Assembly (NCBI RefSeq): GCF_006345805.1
Contig: NC_042997.1
Coordinates: forward strand, 164,858,001 to 164,922,000
Direction: 5' to 3'
From: Octopus sinensis
Lineage: Eukaryota
Length of the DNA stretch: 64,000 nucleotides
In this document: piece after piece, positions 25,758-42,378 of the stretch
How positions within the stretch are numbered: the first letter of the stretch is position 1
Layout: each line of letters opens with the position of its first letter
Notes under the pieces: generated by a model
What the model was told of the DNA's origin: nothing
What the model saw: the letters and a program-made list of their open reading frames with translations, nothing else
Databases searched by the model: none
Made by a program: the position numbers and the translations under genes

Positions 25758-27309
25758 ATGAGTCTTAAGATTTGAAAATATAGGTATGAGATCTAAATGT
25801 AGGCTGTACAGGAGCTTAATATAGACAGATATAGATAACACCTTCGTATATACAGTTGTCTACAAGAAAGGATATAAAAATTCTTTGTTTGCAGTCGCTG
25901 ACACTGATAATTCTGAATATTACAGGCTAAAACAAAGATGTAGTTATATCACACAATTCACTTATGATGTGAATGACGACAAATATATAAACTAAATCGA
26001 TTACATTTCTGTCCGTCTTTCTATGCCTCTATATCATTATTACTATCCGATCTAACATTTATTATCGTTGGTACTTATACCTCAGCTAGCCTTTGTCAAA
26101 CGAATGTATATTCAAAAGAATCCTAGCTGTGACCCTCCTGTCGTTTTATTTTTAAGACGTAGTATATAACTTGGACCAATGTAAACTTTTTTCTTTTTTT
26201 CCTTTTAAGACGGTAGAGCATGATTTGAGGCAGCAATAACTACTACATAGAAATTCCCTTCTCTGGCTTAGCTAACCAGCACTTATTTATCTGATTTTTT
26301 TTAGCCTATATATTAATAGACTGGTTGTAAATTCGATAGAAATCAATCATCTAACATCTGTTCACATGATTGTACGCCTAAAAGATCTGACTGCCTGTCT
26401 GATCTATTTACTAGAGACCATATAGTCTAAATATTATTCATCTAATTATCATCCTAATAGTTACATGAACTGATGCTTGCCTTCTTACACTATCCGGGTT
26501 AAAAATTCTATAGCCTGAAGTTTATTTGATTCACCTTGTCTCTCTATTAAATCATTTTTTGGTTTTTTAGTCTCGGCTCAACACTGAATGAAAGTATTCC
26601 AAACGTGAGCATACCCGCTTCTTTTAAATCCAGGGCGACATTGTCCAATACGGCCATCCTTGTCTTAACAATTTGCCTACCCTGTGTATCACATGTGATT
26701 TCCAGGACATATTTCCCTGGCATCCATTCATCATGTATGATACACATTTTCAATTTTTTAAATCTCTCACAAGAACTTGAAACTTATGAAAGGAAAGCCT
26801 TATATTACTCAAAACGTATGAAACAAGGCCGGATTAAAAATTCGAAAACAAGTACAGACATTTAGGACAAACTTACGAACATGCTTTGAACAGACAAAAG
26901 GCGAAAATTTAAGGGAGTTTAGCCGCTACTTTTTGCAGGTTCACCAATGGTGTAGTTTCCGTTGTTAACGTGTAGCTATTAGATTGTAAGTTTTAACGTG
27001 GCAGTATGACTGTCGGGTCAAGTCTCTGATTACATTTTTATGTTCTCTGAGTTTGTCCTCATTACTTCCTCCTTTCTCCTCGCCCCTTTCTCCTTTTCTC
27101 TCTTTTTTTCTCACTCTTATCACGTTGGCTACTCCACACCTTACTACCTTTAAATTTATAATATATTTCTAGCTGCCTCCAAGATTATGATTGCTGTTGA
27201 ATATTTATTATTAAGATTTGATCTATAGCAATTCCACAGATAGCCAAAATTCACCAGCTGTATATACAATCTGTCTCATTCTTTCGTTCTCTCTCTCTCT
27301 CTACCTCTA

Positions 27310-27960
<651 letters not shown>

Positions 27961-29439
27961 TTTTAATAAAGCTAAATTTAGTCTGATCACAACTAGCCGA
28001 CGAATGGTAACCTGGAACTCTGAGTAACAGTTTGTGAAGATTTTTTCAACTTTAATATAAGCATATTATTCTACCTTCGGTATTTGAGTACTATCTTATT
28101 CCACCTTGTTTTGCATTTATGTGGTTACTTGCATACATGTATACATATATATGTATACACACGAGCGCGTGCACACATACACATATGCATATCTTCGGTC
28201 CTCTGGAAGATACTGAGTAGCGAAGGATCAAATCAATTTAGAACGAGTCTGTGTGTATGTCAACAACTGTGAAATTGTGAAGGTCCCTTCACATGAAACT
28301 ATTGGTTACTTTGTTAACCCACAAATAAAATATATTTATCCATCAATGCAGTGTTGAGAACTCATTTGCACTGTTCGATATTAGCATATATATGTCCACA
28401 CACACACACGTACACACACGTGAGTTCATCATAAAGTCAAATGCAAGGAGATCGAAATTTCATCTCCCCGAAAAATCAGAAGATTGAAAGATCGAAAACT
28501 GAATGTACTGAATAGCAGTGTCGAACAATCAGAACTTCGATTCCGATACATCTAAGGAAAAATAAGAAAAAAGTTCTTAAAAGCAACTATAATTTCAACA
28601 AAAAAGTATATTTGAGAAACTTATACATACTTATATAGTTAAATAAGTTAAATGTATAAAAGTATATAGCAGGTACATAATTTTCAAGGTATAAGTATAA
28701 ACTTAAATACCTTATATCGCAGATCTCCTTTCATTAAATTCTTTAATTATTGTATATTTACCCTCTATTCTTTCAATATAAAACCTAAACATACCGTATG
28801 AAAAGAATTCTGAATTTAACTGACAGAAATTAAGCTTGTACACTTATCTTCATTTCTATTCGACCTTCCGCTGCGTAATATCAATATGCAAACCTGGCCT
28901 GTACATTCGTATCACGCATATCGAGAGGGCAACATATCTGCTTGTAACTACATGGGCATATAAAATAATCAGCGAAAGCATAGTTCGCATTACCAAGTCA
29001 TATTCACTTCCAAATGACGGCTATTATTGTGTGTTTAGCACCTTAGTGGTTATTTAACAGTACAGGAATCCCAAGCGTTACAAAAGTAATGTGTTCCTGA
29101 ATATATTTATAATATTCATATTATAAAGTGAGAATGTATTCTAGTGGATTATTTTCGAAAAAGCCGAAAAGAAGCAAAGAACACAACCACTTTTCTACAT
29201 GAGAATAACGGCTCGTAAATAAATACAGTACACTATGTGTACATAATAACAGAAATACATTAGGGGATAAATAAGAATCGCAATGTCGTAATGGAGTACA
29301 TTCTTATCATAAAAGATGTTAACAACTGTGTGTGGTGTAGTGGTGGTGGAATTAGAGTTAGGAGGGGAATGAGGGACACCGTTTTCTATCTTTTAGCTTG
29401 CCATCATCAACATTTGCTTGAAGGGCAAACAACATCCAA

Positions 29440-30270
29440 AACTGTTCGTTGTTTATGATGCATTACCTCTTTGTATAGGTGAGTTTTGAGACTGAGCATT
29501 TTGTAGACGTATTACTTTTATGACACGTTCGTGATTAACGTTGTTATCAGGAAACACTCGCAGTGCTTTCTCTAATAAATGCCAACCATTGGCAATATTC
29601 TTTGCAGTCAATTCAAGTAGAATTGATAGAATTTCCGTATTTTCGTTTGTATTAGTAGCTTGCTTTTGTTCTAACAGCATCTGCTCCTGGTTAGATAAAC
29701 TTTCTCTATGGGACTCAAGCAACTCATATCGCCCTATATGGTTTCTTCAACCCCTACAAGTATCACAATACCATTTTGAATTTGATGTAGGCTTTCTGTT
29801 TGTAGAAAACTTAAATCACGGATACAGTCTGGCCATATACTTTTCCAAGTACCATTTAAAGTTAAGAGTCTCACGTCATTCCACGACATGCTATGTTGTC
29901 CACAGCCTCTATTACGTAGGAGTTCCTCTAGAAATCTCTAACTATAGGTTTATACTTCCTATCAATTGCTTTCATTAATTGTTTGAAAGTTCTCACATAA
30001 TGTGCCGTGAAGTTAGTCATCACACCTGGATGCAATGGCTGTCGGAAGGAAGTATTCTTGGGGAAATATTCTAATATTACATCATCAAAAAGTTAATTGG
30101 GTGGCTTGGTGCATTGTCTACCTGGAAACATTATATCTGGTTCTGTGCTTTATATCTGGTTCAACTGCGGGACAAAAAATGTTTGTAAACCACTTTTCCA
30201 AAAGAGTCTTAATTTTCATGCTTTCTGATTTGAAAATTATATTCAACTTTGCATAACTCTTGCAATCCCT
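29440..30270 (-). pseudogene. Tigger/pogo DDE transposase remnant
   Basis: Minus fragments LEKWFTNIFCPAVE, EYFPKNTSFRQPLHPGVMTNFTAHYVRTFKQLM, EAVDNI and HERVIKVIRLQNA parallel Tigger motifs; multiple stops. Confidence 0.7.
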
Positions 30271-30788
30271 TGAATTTTCGGAGTGAATCACAGGCCGGAT
30301 CTTTAATTTAAATCACCAGTGGCATTCAACCTAGAAAAAGCATATTACACACACACACACACACAATAATCGTGATTACACTTGAATATATACATAAACA
30401 TTTGCACAAACGCACATCTAGAGGCACATACAGATGCGCATACACACAAATATATGAACCGTAATTATTGTTTTCCAAAGTTTTAATCATACTTTGAGCT
30501 TAGGTAAACACAGAGAAGCGGCCTTTTGCCTAAGAAGAAAGTGTAGTTTTAACATTTTAAAAAAATTCATTCGTTTTCGTAAGGGCGAAACCACAGGCCG
30601 TATTCCGAAATTAATTGTCATATTTTACAATTCTCGTAAGCGCAAAATCCTGTAACTTGAGGTTGCCTTAACGCGAGGGATGCCTTAACTTATTTAATTA
30701 AGTCTATTAACAGAAGACCAAAAACTTCAAGGCAGTATAAAAAAGGGTCCTTATTGTTCTGAGAAACAAGGTCTTCGTAACTTGAGAG

Positions 30789-31474
30789 CAGTGGTGGCTC
30801 GTAGATAAAATTAGTGAGGGTACTGCTTCAGAAAATTTTTAGCTCTTGTTTTAATATTGTGTAAAGGGAAACAAACATCTAAAAAGAAAATTTATGCATA
30901 AACTTGATTGGTTCCCGTTTTAGCCACTGCCGGGTTGTGTGGGTAGTGTGTTTAATTTATTCACAGAACACCGCCGCGAATTTTCCCTTGTTTTTCACTC
31001 CCCCCCCATTACAAAATAAGTGGGGTGGGGCGTAATGTGCCCTGTTTTTCAAATCCTGGCAGCAACATTGAAGCTGGGAGCAGGATAATAATCTAATTCT
31101 ACTCTTTATCACATTCAAGAATATAAACACGTTTTTGAGCACAACATACGCGGAGTCAAAAAGAAACTCTACCTTTCACTTGGCACTGTCGTTTACGCAG
31201 TGTTCTCTCTCCCTGATGTGAGGTTTCCTATTTCGGACATGTGAGCATGCGCACAACAGCCAAACACCGCGTCGCTGGAACTGTTCTATACAAGGATTTT
31301 TGTATTTTTTTCATAAGTTAGGGGATGGCTACTGACATTAAGCTTAAGGATTATATAATGTACAAGTATAAAGAAAGAATTAAAGAGAAAAGGGCATATT
31401 TAATGTTATCGATAATACCGGGTGGAAATAGGGGGTGCTGCAATTCCGCAGTTCCTATATACGAGCCGCCACTG
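30789..31474. mobile_element. hAT-type MITE
   Basis: TIRs CAGTGGTGGCTCGTAGATA / reverse complement CAGTGGCGGCTCGTATATA; perfect 8-bp TSD CTTGAGAG at 30781-30788 and 31475-31482. Confidence 0.85.
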
Positions 31475-31537
31475 CTTGAGAGTAAGGCTGTTTGCCAATT
31501 TAAAAGCAGTATGAATGCGCGCTTACATGTATATATA

Positions 31538-31588
<51 letters not shown>

Positions 31589-31589
31589 T

Positions 31590-31629
<40 letters not shown>

Positions 31630-32641
31630 TATGTGTGAGTGTGAACACTAATGATATCCAATAGACAGTTGATAATAGATGCGTAAACTCGATGCTTGTT
31701 GAATGTGAAGCTTTGTGTCTTGTGTTCGTGTGGTTCTGAATGGTTCTGAAATTCTAGTTCTCGTATGGCCGAGGTACTTGGTTTATAATGATTTTGTATA
31801 GTTTATACCATAAACATACACTGATATTGCATGATTACTATTTTTAGAGATTCTAATTCTGATAAGAGTAATGCTTGTTTAAAGGTTTCTAGTTGACGGA
31901 GGTTTTATTGCAGCCCCCTGCAACTACATATAATTCTTCGGAACTGACATGTCGTTATGACATTTTTTCTGAAGACAAGCGGATAGCTGGGGCTACGTGT
32001 CCGTGCTTCAAGAGGTGTCGTCAGTACAGTAGTTGCCCTACCTTTAACCTAGCGAAACAGAAGACTTAGACATATACAATAAGAGTGGACAACATTTTTG
32101 ACCTCACTTCATTTGTATAATTAATATTAAGAATGAGCTCAAGGAAATAATGCCAGTGGCAAACTGCATAAATTTAGACAACACACATATATAATGTATA
32201 TAATTATATAATATACATGCTTACACATATACGTATCTCTTTCTCCCTCTCTAATACATACATGAGTGTGAATAAAATCATGCAGGTACAAATATATTCA
32301 TAAGTATAAGTGAGCTTCGCCTGTGTCCAGTTTTGTTTGCTTGACACAACACCGCCGGTTTCAGCAAAAAAAACGGTGTTATATCAAGATGGTAACCAAA
32401 GCTAATGGATAAAATACAGATGGTTTAAAATAAGTTATCTACTGCTGCCTTTATGACCGACAAAAAGCCTCTGGAGGGTAGTGCCTCAGCACGGACCCAG
32501 TCCTATGACTGAACTCGGTTAAAAAGTATAAAAAGAATGAACGTATATAGTCACAGATGGCTGCATAATGACTCATATTTCTATGCATACACACACGCAA
32601 CAACCCATCCATACCTCATCCCAATGCCACACTATACTGCG

Positions 32642-32700
<59 letters not shown>

Positions 32701-33290
32701 ACACAGACACGCGCGCAAGCACACATATTGCTTACTAGCGCCGGCCTCACCGTCGTCACTAACAACAGCGTCGCCCACCCACTCCCACCCTACTAAACAC
32801 GAAATGCCTGGGTATTAGGACACCCCACCGAGTTTTTGTTAAGGCTCACGCCATTGGATAATCGGATAGTGTAGCGCGGTTGAATGTGTACTCGTTCACA
32901 CTTGAAGCAACACTGAAAAGCAGACGACAATGTGTGGGGACAGATGTGTAGAGGCGTATGTATGTGTGTGAATATATATATATACACCCTCCATATATAC
33001 TCAGAAACAGACACAATCACACACACAATATGCTTATTTGTGTGTGCATTGTACATATTACACACACTTACAAATATACATACATACATATATATATTAT
33101 ATATATATAATATATATATATGCAGAGAGAGAGAGAGAGAGAAAGAGACAGACAGACAGAGAATGAGACAGATACATACCCGCGCAAATACACACAAGGC
33201 ACAATATTACTCTTAGTCACAGGATGGCTATCATATTGTATCTCCCACCCTGGACTAAGCAGAAGCATAGAAACTTTAACCAATCTGTAC

Positions 33291-33346
<56 letters not shown>

Positions 33347-33467
33347 ATATATATAAGATAAAACATTTCACCAAAAGTTCATATATTTTTCCGAGTGTGT
33401 ATTATTAAATTTGAAAATAAATTACACTAGAATATACCATGAAACTGCAAGAACGGAATTCTTAAGA

Positions 33468-33519
<52 letters not shown>

Positions 33520-33614
33520 TAATAATAACATTTTCAGTAGGTATGCAGAGCTCTAGCACATCCGGAATATATATATATATATATATATATATACACCTAC
33601 GTACATGTACAGAC

Positions 33615-33658
<44 letters not shown>

Positions 33659-33674
33659 TGTATGTATGTGTGTC

Positions 33675-33706
<32 letters not shown>

Positions 33707-34046
33707 ACGCATCGTGAGTGCGCTTGGATATATAAAAATGAATGCATCTACAAACCTTTACACAGATGTATGCATGATACTACCGTTTTGCTTCAGGGCA
33801 GTCCTGATCGAGCAGGGGGCGTTCTACTTGTAATTATCACATCATTCATATTCAAAATATTCAAACGTACAATATGTTCGAAAACATTCACTGTAAGCTA
33901 GTTTTCAAGACGGCAGGTCATATTTAAAGTGGGTTTAACCACTATTTCTAATCACCTCAGTGACTGTATACATGATCTCTTGTGAGATCGATATAGTTAT
34001 GTATGGATACACAGACATGTATGTACGTACATCTGCGTATGTATGC

Positions 34047-34084
<38 letters not shown>

Positions 34085-34422
34085 TTTGTGTATATAAACG
34101 CATACATACGTTCTTATGTATGTATTTTCTTCTTCAAGTTGCTTATTCAAGGCGGATTGTTATTCATCAAAAAACTTATGGGTCGTTGATAGCTGACGGC
34201 ATCCATGTCCTGAGATTACCTCTACTCTCAAGACCGAGAGGGGAGGTGATCTTTGTTAAAAACATTCAGGTGCCCCAAACGCAGAAATACCCAGGACCGA
34301 CTTGACTACACACACACACACATAAATACAATATATATACACACAATATATATACATATATATAAAATACAGTATGTATACATACAGACACAGACATACA
34401 CACCATATATATATATGTATGA

Positions 34423-34478
<56 letters not shown>

Positions 34479-34589
34479 TTATACATATATATCTCATACA
34501 TATATATATACTCATACATATATATATACTCATACATATATATATATATATATATAAATATATATACAATATATATACCTATGATACCT

Positions 34590-35160
34590 CTTTCCAAGTG
34601 CACAAAATGCAGACGACTGGCTGGATGGATCATGAGAACGTTCAGAACCAGAGAAAAAGAAATCATGATGGTCCTCTGGAGGACATTCGTCCTCAGCTAC
34701 CTGGATTACTGCTCCCAGCTGTGGTCACCCTACAGTGTAAAATTAACAGTGGCCCTTGAAGCAATCCAGCGAATCTTCACAAAGAAGATCGTCTCATTGC
34801 AACAGCTCAGCAACTGGGAAAGGCTGAAACAGCTAAGACTCTACTTTTGGAGTGAAGGCGGGAAAGGTATGCAGTAATATACATCTGGAAGATCCTGGAA
34901 GGAATTGTGCCAACTTTTGGCATTGAAAGCTACACCAATGCCAGAATGGACCGACACTGCACAGTGCCAAAGATCCCAGAAATGCCATCGTGCTTCAAGC
35001 AGTTACTGTAACAACATGGGTTTCAGAGGCCCACAGCTTTTTTAATATTCTCCCAAAGAGCCTGAGGAAATGCACAAAGTAGATGTAGATAAACCTACTT
35101 CTCGGCAAGTAGTGCAAATGAGAGTAGCGACATCAAACTCCATTCTTCACCAAGTGCCAC
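34590..35160 (+). mobile_element. CR1/L2-group LINE RT C-terminal fragment
   Basis: [46 protein letters not shown]; same family as 57112-57745. Confidence 0.85.
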
Positions 35161-35582
35161 GTATTATATAATACAAATAATATATATGTATATGTATATA
35201 GATATATATATGTATATAAAGGGTACAGGATATATATATATACATAAATACAGTATATATATATACATAGTACAATATATATATATACGCATAAATACAA
35301 TATATATATATATATGTATATATATACATAAATACAATACACATGTATACAATATATATATATATATAAATACAATATATATACATATATGTATATATAT
35401 ATATATGTGTGTGTGTATATATACATATATATATAGATATATATGTATATATATATATATATATATATAAAAAATATACACACACACACACACAAAGCCG
35501 CTATGCATGTGGTTTCTATAGTAAAACACATAGATAGGTAAGTAGTTAGATGACTAGAAGTGTGTGTGTGTATGTATGTATG

Positions 35583-35634
<52 letters not shown>

Positions 35635-36160
35635 GAATAGAAGTATATTATACATGAGCTATTAATATGTGTAAACTATTGATAGCAGTAAGTTGATGAA
35701 GATGTTATATGACGTGAAATCATTTTCATATTTTTCTTTCACTCTCTGAGTGTGTGCGTGCGCGTGGGTGTGGGTGTGCGTGTGTGTGTGGGCGTGTATG
35801 CATGTATGCACAGGAGTGGACAGATAAAATTCTTCACTACCCTAGTTGGTAGCTGTTTCAAGCATTGTACATATACGCATATGTAAATACACACCTCCAG
35901 AAATATGCACACACATACGCGTGTAGAAACATATTCACACACATACTTACATACATAAACAATATATATATATACAATTCAAACATATAAGGACATCCGA
36001 CTCACTAGAAAGAGCAGTTAAACTCCAAACCACTAATAGTTGTAATTCTGAAATGGAAAGTGAAATAAAAACGTTTATATAGTCTATTGACTATTTTTTC
36101 TTCTCACTTGACCGCTGGTAGCAGAGATTTTTCTAGAGTTTTTTGCTAACCTAAAATTTA

Positions 36161-36218
<58 letters not shown>

Positions 36219-36225
36219 ATATGTA

Positions 36226-36263
36226 AGAAATTTGAAAAAGCTGAACGCGAAACCGGTCGTTCT
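36226..36263 (+). ncRNA. Degenerate hammerhead-like remnant
   Basis: GAAACCGGTC (palindromic ACCGGT, GUC triplet) followed by GTTCT, which could pair with upstream AGAA; the core has decayed to TTGAAAA. Confidence 0.25.
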
Positions 36264-36408
36264 TCAAAAACTATGTCATTGTATGAAAAAAATTTATAAC
36301 ATTCTTCAGACATAATGACTCAAATATATATTTTTTTAACCTTTTAAAACAAGCCTTCTGTAGTTTTTTCACTTTTTACTATTTTCTATATATATATGTA
36401 TATATATA

Positions 36409-36460
<52 letters not shown>

Positions 36461-36472
36461 GGTATATATATG

Positions 36473-36528
<56 letters not shown>

Positions 36529-36727
36529 TGTATATATATATATATATAAAACATTATTGGTGAATTGAAGAAATGGAGCTGAACGCAGATTGAACAGAAA
36601 TCGTTTTATTTCATTCTACACGTGTTTACTGCTGTGATTTTTGCTACTAAGGTATCGGTTAAACTTTTGATTAATCTACTACAAGATTATTCATCTTTCT
36701 ATTTCACATAATATATAATATATTATG

Positions 36728-36785
<58 letters not shown>

Positions 36786-36807
36786 TTATGTATATATATA
36801 TATATAA

Positions 36808-38100
36808 TTTGATACTTTGATACTTTGATAGGTTTCGGCCATTATTGGCCCAGGCCATGTCTAACTTAATAGCACCACCTGGTGAAGTCTTTCAAGTCAG
36901 AATTTGGGCACTATGGCCCACTCAAGTAGAGAGTTATTGTTTACAGAAACATATCCGGGTGTAGGGGGTTTATCCGGGATTTCTTGAAGGAATCTGTCCA
37001 AAGACTTCTTGAACCCTATAGGGTCAGTTTCTGTTTTAATGTGTTTTGGTGTAATGTTAAAGAGAGCGGGGCCAATTGAGGTGAAATAATTGTGCCGTAT
37101 TGTTGTATGAGATGAGAGTGCGATTTTGTTTTGGGCGGATGGCACGGGGCCCAAGCCTTGGATGTACCTTAAAGGTGATGCCAACATCATTTGGGCAATG
37201 CTGATGGAATATTTTCCACATCATGCAGATGATGTAGCGCTCACGACGACGTTGGAGAGAATAGAGTTTTAGCTTTCTAGCCGACCCCAATAGTCGAGGC
37301 CTGTCATGCCATCTATCTTTTTTGTGATTGCCCTTTGAGGTGCTTCAACTTTTATGATACCTTGTATTGTGTGGGGAGACCACAGTGGACAACAGTATTC
37401 AAGGTGGGGTCGGGCAAAAGTGGAGAAGAGAAGAGAAGGATAATGTGTGGATATCTCTCGACTGGAAAGTTCTGAGAATCCAGGAACACATTCTGCGGGC
37501 CATGTCAATTTTGGTGTTTATATGAGTGGCCCAGCTTACGTTGTTGTCCACAATTACTCCCAAGTCTCTGATGTTGTTGGACGCCGCGAGAGTTTCACCT
37601 GAAGGAAGGGAGTATGGAGTTTCAGGGCATCCTCTTTTCCAAAGTGGATTAGCTCAAATTTATCCTCGTTCAGCAGCATATTGTTTTTTTCTGCCCATTG
37701 GATAACAGCCAGTAGATCTGACTGAAGGCATGTCCGGTCACTCGCCTCATTTATGACCTTCTGTAGCTTGCAGTCATCTGCAAAGATTTTTATGTTGCTG
37801 TGCTTGATGATGTCATTAATGTCATTAATGTAAATGATGAAAAGAAGTGGGCCCAGCACAGTGCCTTGCGGAACGCCACACTACTGACTTTGGCTGGGCT
37901 TGATTTTACCCCTTCAACTACAACATGTTGAGATCTGTCTGTCAGGAAACACTTAATCCATTTCAGTAACTTTCCAGAGACACCAATGTTGGATAGTTTT
38001 TTCAATAGGATCTTGTGATCGACCCTGTCGAAGGCCTTACTGAAATCAAGGTAGATGACATCGGTGTTGGAGCCCTCTCCAAAGCTCTCAAAATGTCCTC
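36808..38100 (-). mobile_element. CR1/L2-group LINE, 3' part with intact tail
   Basis: Minus YLDFSKAFDRVDH, PQGTVLGPLLFIIY, IFADDCKL, RPHLEYCCPLWSPH; ends GGCCGAAACC-(TATCAAAG)n; truncated at the 38.1-kb microsatellite. Confidence 0.9.
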
Positions 38101-38109
38101 AAAGTGATG

Positions 38110-38204
38110 TATTATATAGTGTATATATATATATATATATATATATATCTATATATATATATAATGTGGGTATATATATATATATATGTGTGTATATATA
38201 TATA

Positions 38205-38271
<67 letters not shown>

Positions 38272-38290
38272 TATATATATATATATATAT

Positions 38291-38329
<39 letters not shown>

Positions 38330-39203
38330 TATTATATATATATATATATATATATGGTATATTATAATATATATATATATATGTGTATATATATATATAT
38401 ATGTGTATATATATATATATAGTGTATATATATATATATATATATGTGTATATATATATATATATATATGTGTATATATATATATATATATAGTGTATAT
38501 ATATATATCGTATATATATGGTATATATATATATATATGTGTATATATATATATATATATATGTGTATATATATATATATAGGTGTATATATAATAGATA
38601 TATATTGTGTATATATGCCAGGGCCGCCCGTATATATATGTGATCCAATAATATTATCTATGGTATATATGTATATATATATATGTGTATATATATATAT
38701 ATCTGTTTGGATATATATATATATATGTGTTTATATATATATTATATATATATATGTAATATAGTATATATATTATATGTGTATATATATATTATATATA
38801 TATTATGTGTGTATATATATATATATCTATAGTGTGTATATATATATATATATAGTGTGTATATATATCTATATATGGTGTATATATATATTATATATAT
38901 TGTGTATATATATAGTATATATAGTGTGTATTAAGTATAGTATAGATAGTGTGTATATTTAGATATATATATATATGTGTGTATATATATATATAATGTA
39001 TATATATAATATAATGTGTGTATTATATATATATTATATATGTTGTATATATATATATATATATGTGTATATATATATATATGGTGTATATATAATATAT
39101 ATATATGTGTGTATATATATATATATATGTGTATATATATATATTATATATATGTGTGTATATATATTATATATATTAGTGTATATATATATATATATAT
39201 GTG

Positions 39204-39234
<31 letters not shown>

Positions 39235-39491
39235 TATATTATATATATGTGTATATATATATATATATATATGTGTGTATATATATATATTATATATATG
39301 TATATATATATATATATATATATGTGTTAGATATATATATATTATATATATATACGTGTATAGTATATATATATATATGTGTATATATATTATATATATA
39401 TATGTGTATATATATATATATATATATAGTGTTATATATATATATATATATGTGGTATATATATTATATATATGTGTATATTATATATATA

Positions 39492-39522
<31 letters not shown>

Positions 39523-39798
39523 GTGTATATAATATATATATGGTGTATATATATATATATGTGTGTATATATATATATAATATATTATATATATATGTGT
39601 ATTATATATTATATTATATGTATATGTATATATATAATATATGTGTATATATATATATATATATGTGTATATATATATATATGTGATGTATATATATATA
39701 ATATATATATATATATGTGTGTATATATATATAATATATGTGTATATATATATATATATATGTGTATATATATATATATATATGTGTATATATATATA

Positions 39799-39829
<31 letters not shown>

Positions 39830-39868
39830 GTGTATATATATATATATATGTGTATATATATATATATA

Positions 39869-39935
<67 letters not shown>

Positions 39936-40233
39936 GTGTATAATATATATATATATATATGTGTATATATATATATATGTGTATATCTATATATATATAT
40001 ATATGTGTATATATATATATATATATATGTGTATATTATATATATTATATATATGTGTATATATATATATGTGTATATATATATATATGTGTGGTATATA
40101 TATATATTGTGTATATATATTATATATCTGTATATATATATATATATATGTGTATATATATATATTATGTGTATAATATATATATATATGTGTATATATA
40201 TATAATATATATGTGTAATATATAATATATATA

Positions 40234-40264
<31 letters not shown>

Positions 40265-40715
40265 GTGTATATATATATATATATAGTATATGTGTTGTAT
40301 ATATATATATAGTGTATATATTATAATATATATATATGTGTTATTAATATATATATATGTGTATATATATATATATGTGTATATATATATATATATGTGC
40401 TATATATATATATATGTGTTATATATATATATATATGTGTATATTATATATATAATGTGTATATATATATATATATATGTGTATATATATATATATATGT
40501 GTATATATATATATATATATGTGTATATTATATATATATGTGTATATATATATATATATGTGTATATATATATATATATATATGTGTATATATATATATA
40601 TGTGTATATATATATGTGTATATATATATATATATGTGTATATATATATGTGTATATATATATATATATGTGGTGTATATATATATATATATAGTGTATA
40701 TATATATTATATATG

Positions 40716-40747
<32 letters not shown>

Positions 40748-40829
40748 ATGTGTGTATATATATATATGTATATGATATATATATATATATATGTGTATAT
40801 ATATAATATATATATATATATATTGTGTG

Positions 40830-40874
<45 letters not shown>

Positions 40875-40890
40875 TGTATATATATATATG

Positions 40891-40946
<56 letters not shown>

Positions 40947-40986
40947 ATATATATATATATATATGTGTGTGTGTATATATATATAA

Positions 40987-41031
<45 letters not shown>

Positions 41032-41034
41032 ATA

Positions 41035-41065
<31 letters not shown>

Positions 41066-41180
41066 TATATATTATATATGTTATATATATATTATATATA
41101 TAATATATATATATATATGTGTGTATATATATATATATATGTGTGTATATATATATGTGTATATATATATATATATATAT
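38110..41180. repeat. About 3-kb interrupted (TA)n tract with recurring GTGT/GT interruptions
   Basis: Directly visible. Confidence 0.95.
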
Positions 41181-41480
41181 GGGATTGCACCTAGAAAGTT
41201 ACCCTCCTAGACACAAGTCCGGGCAAGGTTGTTTATGGAAGGCCAGCAGTCGCCCATGCATACCAGCCTCCCCTCTCCACGCCACCAGTGTTATCCAAGG
41301 GAAAGACAAATGTCGATACAGCTTGGCACCAGTGACGTCGCAACTCATTTCTACAGCTGAGTGAACTGGAGCAACGTGAAATAAAGTGCCTTGCTCGAGA
41401 ACACAACACGCAGCCCGGTCCGGGATTCGAGCTCACAACCTCACGAACGTAAGCTCGAGGCTCTAACCACTGAGCCATGC
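41181..41480 (-). mobile_element. tRNA-derived SINE family B
   Basis: Minus head GCATGGCTCAGTGGTTAGAG..GAGCTCGAATCCCGGACC; near-identical to 45373-45713. Confidence 0.85.
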
Positions 41481-41993
41481 ATATATATATATATATACAT
41501 AGATTTATTTGTATACATTTGCAGACATAGACATACATATCCATACAGACACAGACACAGACACACATGCACATCATATTCATTGTTATACTCTTTGAAT
41601 TATCGCCAAAGACAAGATGTTTAGATTTACTGTCATATTTCAGTAATACCTGTCAGTAATCTGGTTCCTATTCTCAGTCACAAATTGTCTCTTACAATGT
41701 CAAATGTCACTTTTTATTTATTAATTCTTCACCTGCTTTTTTTTTTCCTTCCTAAATATATGCAGTCAGGATATAAAGCATAGGGTTTAAAATATATTCT
41801 ATTCTTCTTGTCAGAGCATTAATATATTACAAGTCTACAACATAAACACATTACAAGATGTGTCCACCGTATCAAGCGACATACATATATTACGTGACAA
41901 TCCTCCCACTCACTCACACGTTTGTTGCGAATCAGTTGGTGATTTGTTCCTTACTATTCCATGAACATTCAATCAAGCAATATACATACATAT

Positions 41994-42030
<37 letters not shown>

Positions 42031-42099
42031 TATGCACTTGTGTATATCTATATAAGAATATATATACGTGTATGTGTGTCTGTGTCTACATCTATCCAT

Positions 42100-42136
<37 letters not shown>

Positions 42137-42177
42137 GTACATACATCTCTCTCGCGCTCTCCCTCTCATATATACAT

Positions 42178-42378
42178 ATTTCGTTTTGGGATTTGGTTTG
42201 CAAGATTCTTTATGTGAGTTCGTGTGTTAAAGCATATTCTGTTGTGTCTGGGAAGAGTCATTTTCTTTTTGTGCTTTATAATTTAACAGACTCACCGGTA
42301 AAATTTCCACTTATTTCTTATTTTTATTTTCCTAAAATTTTCGTTGCGTCTTGCAACCTTTTCAATAGACTTGACTCT
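42178..42378 (+). mobile_element. Unclassified dispersed repeat (longer copy of 636-730)
   Basis: Shared sequence with 636-730. Confidence 0.6.
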
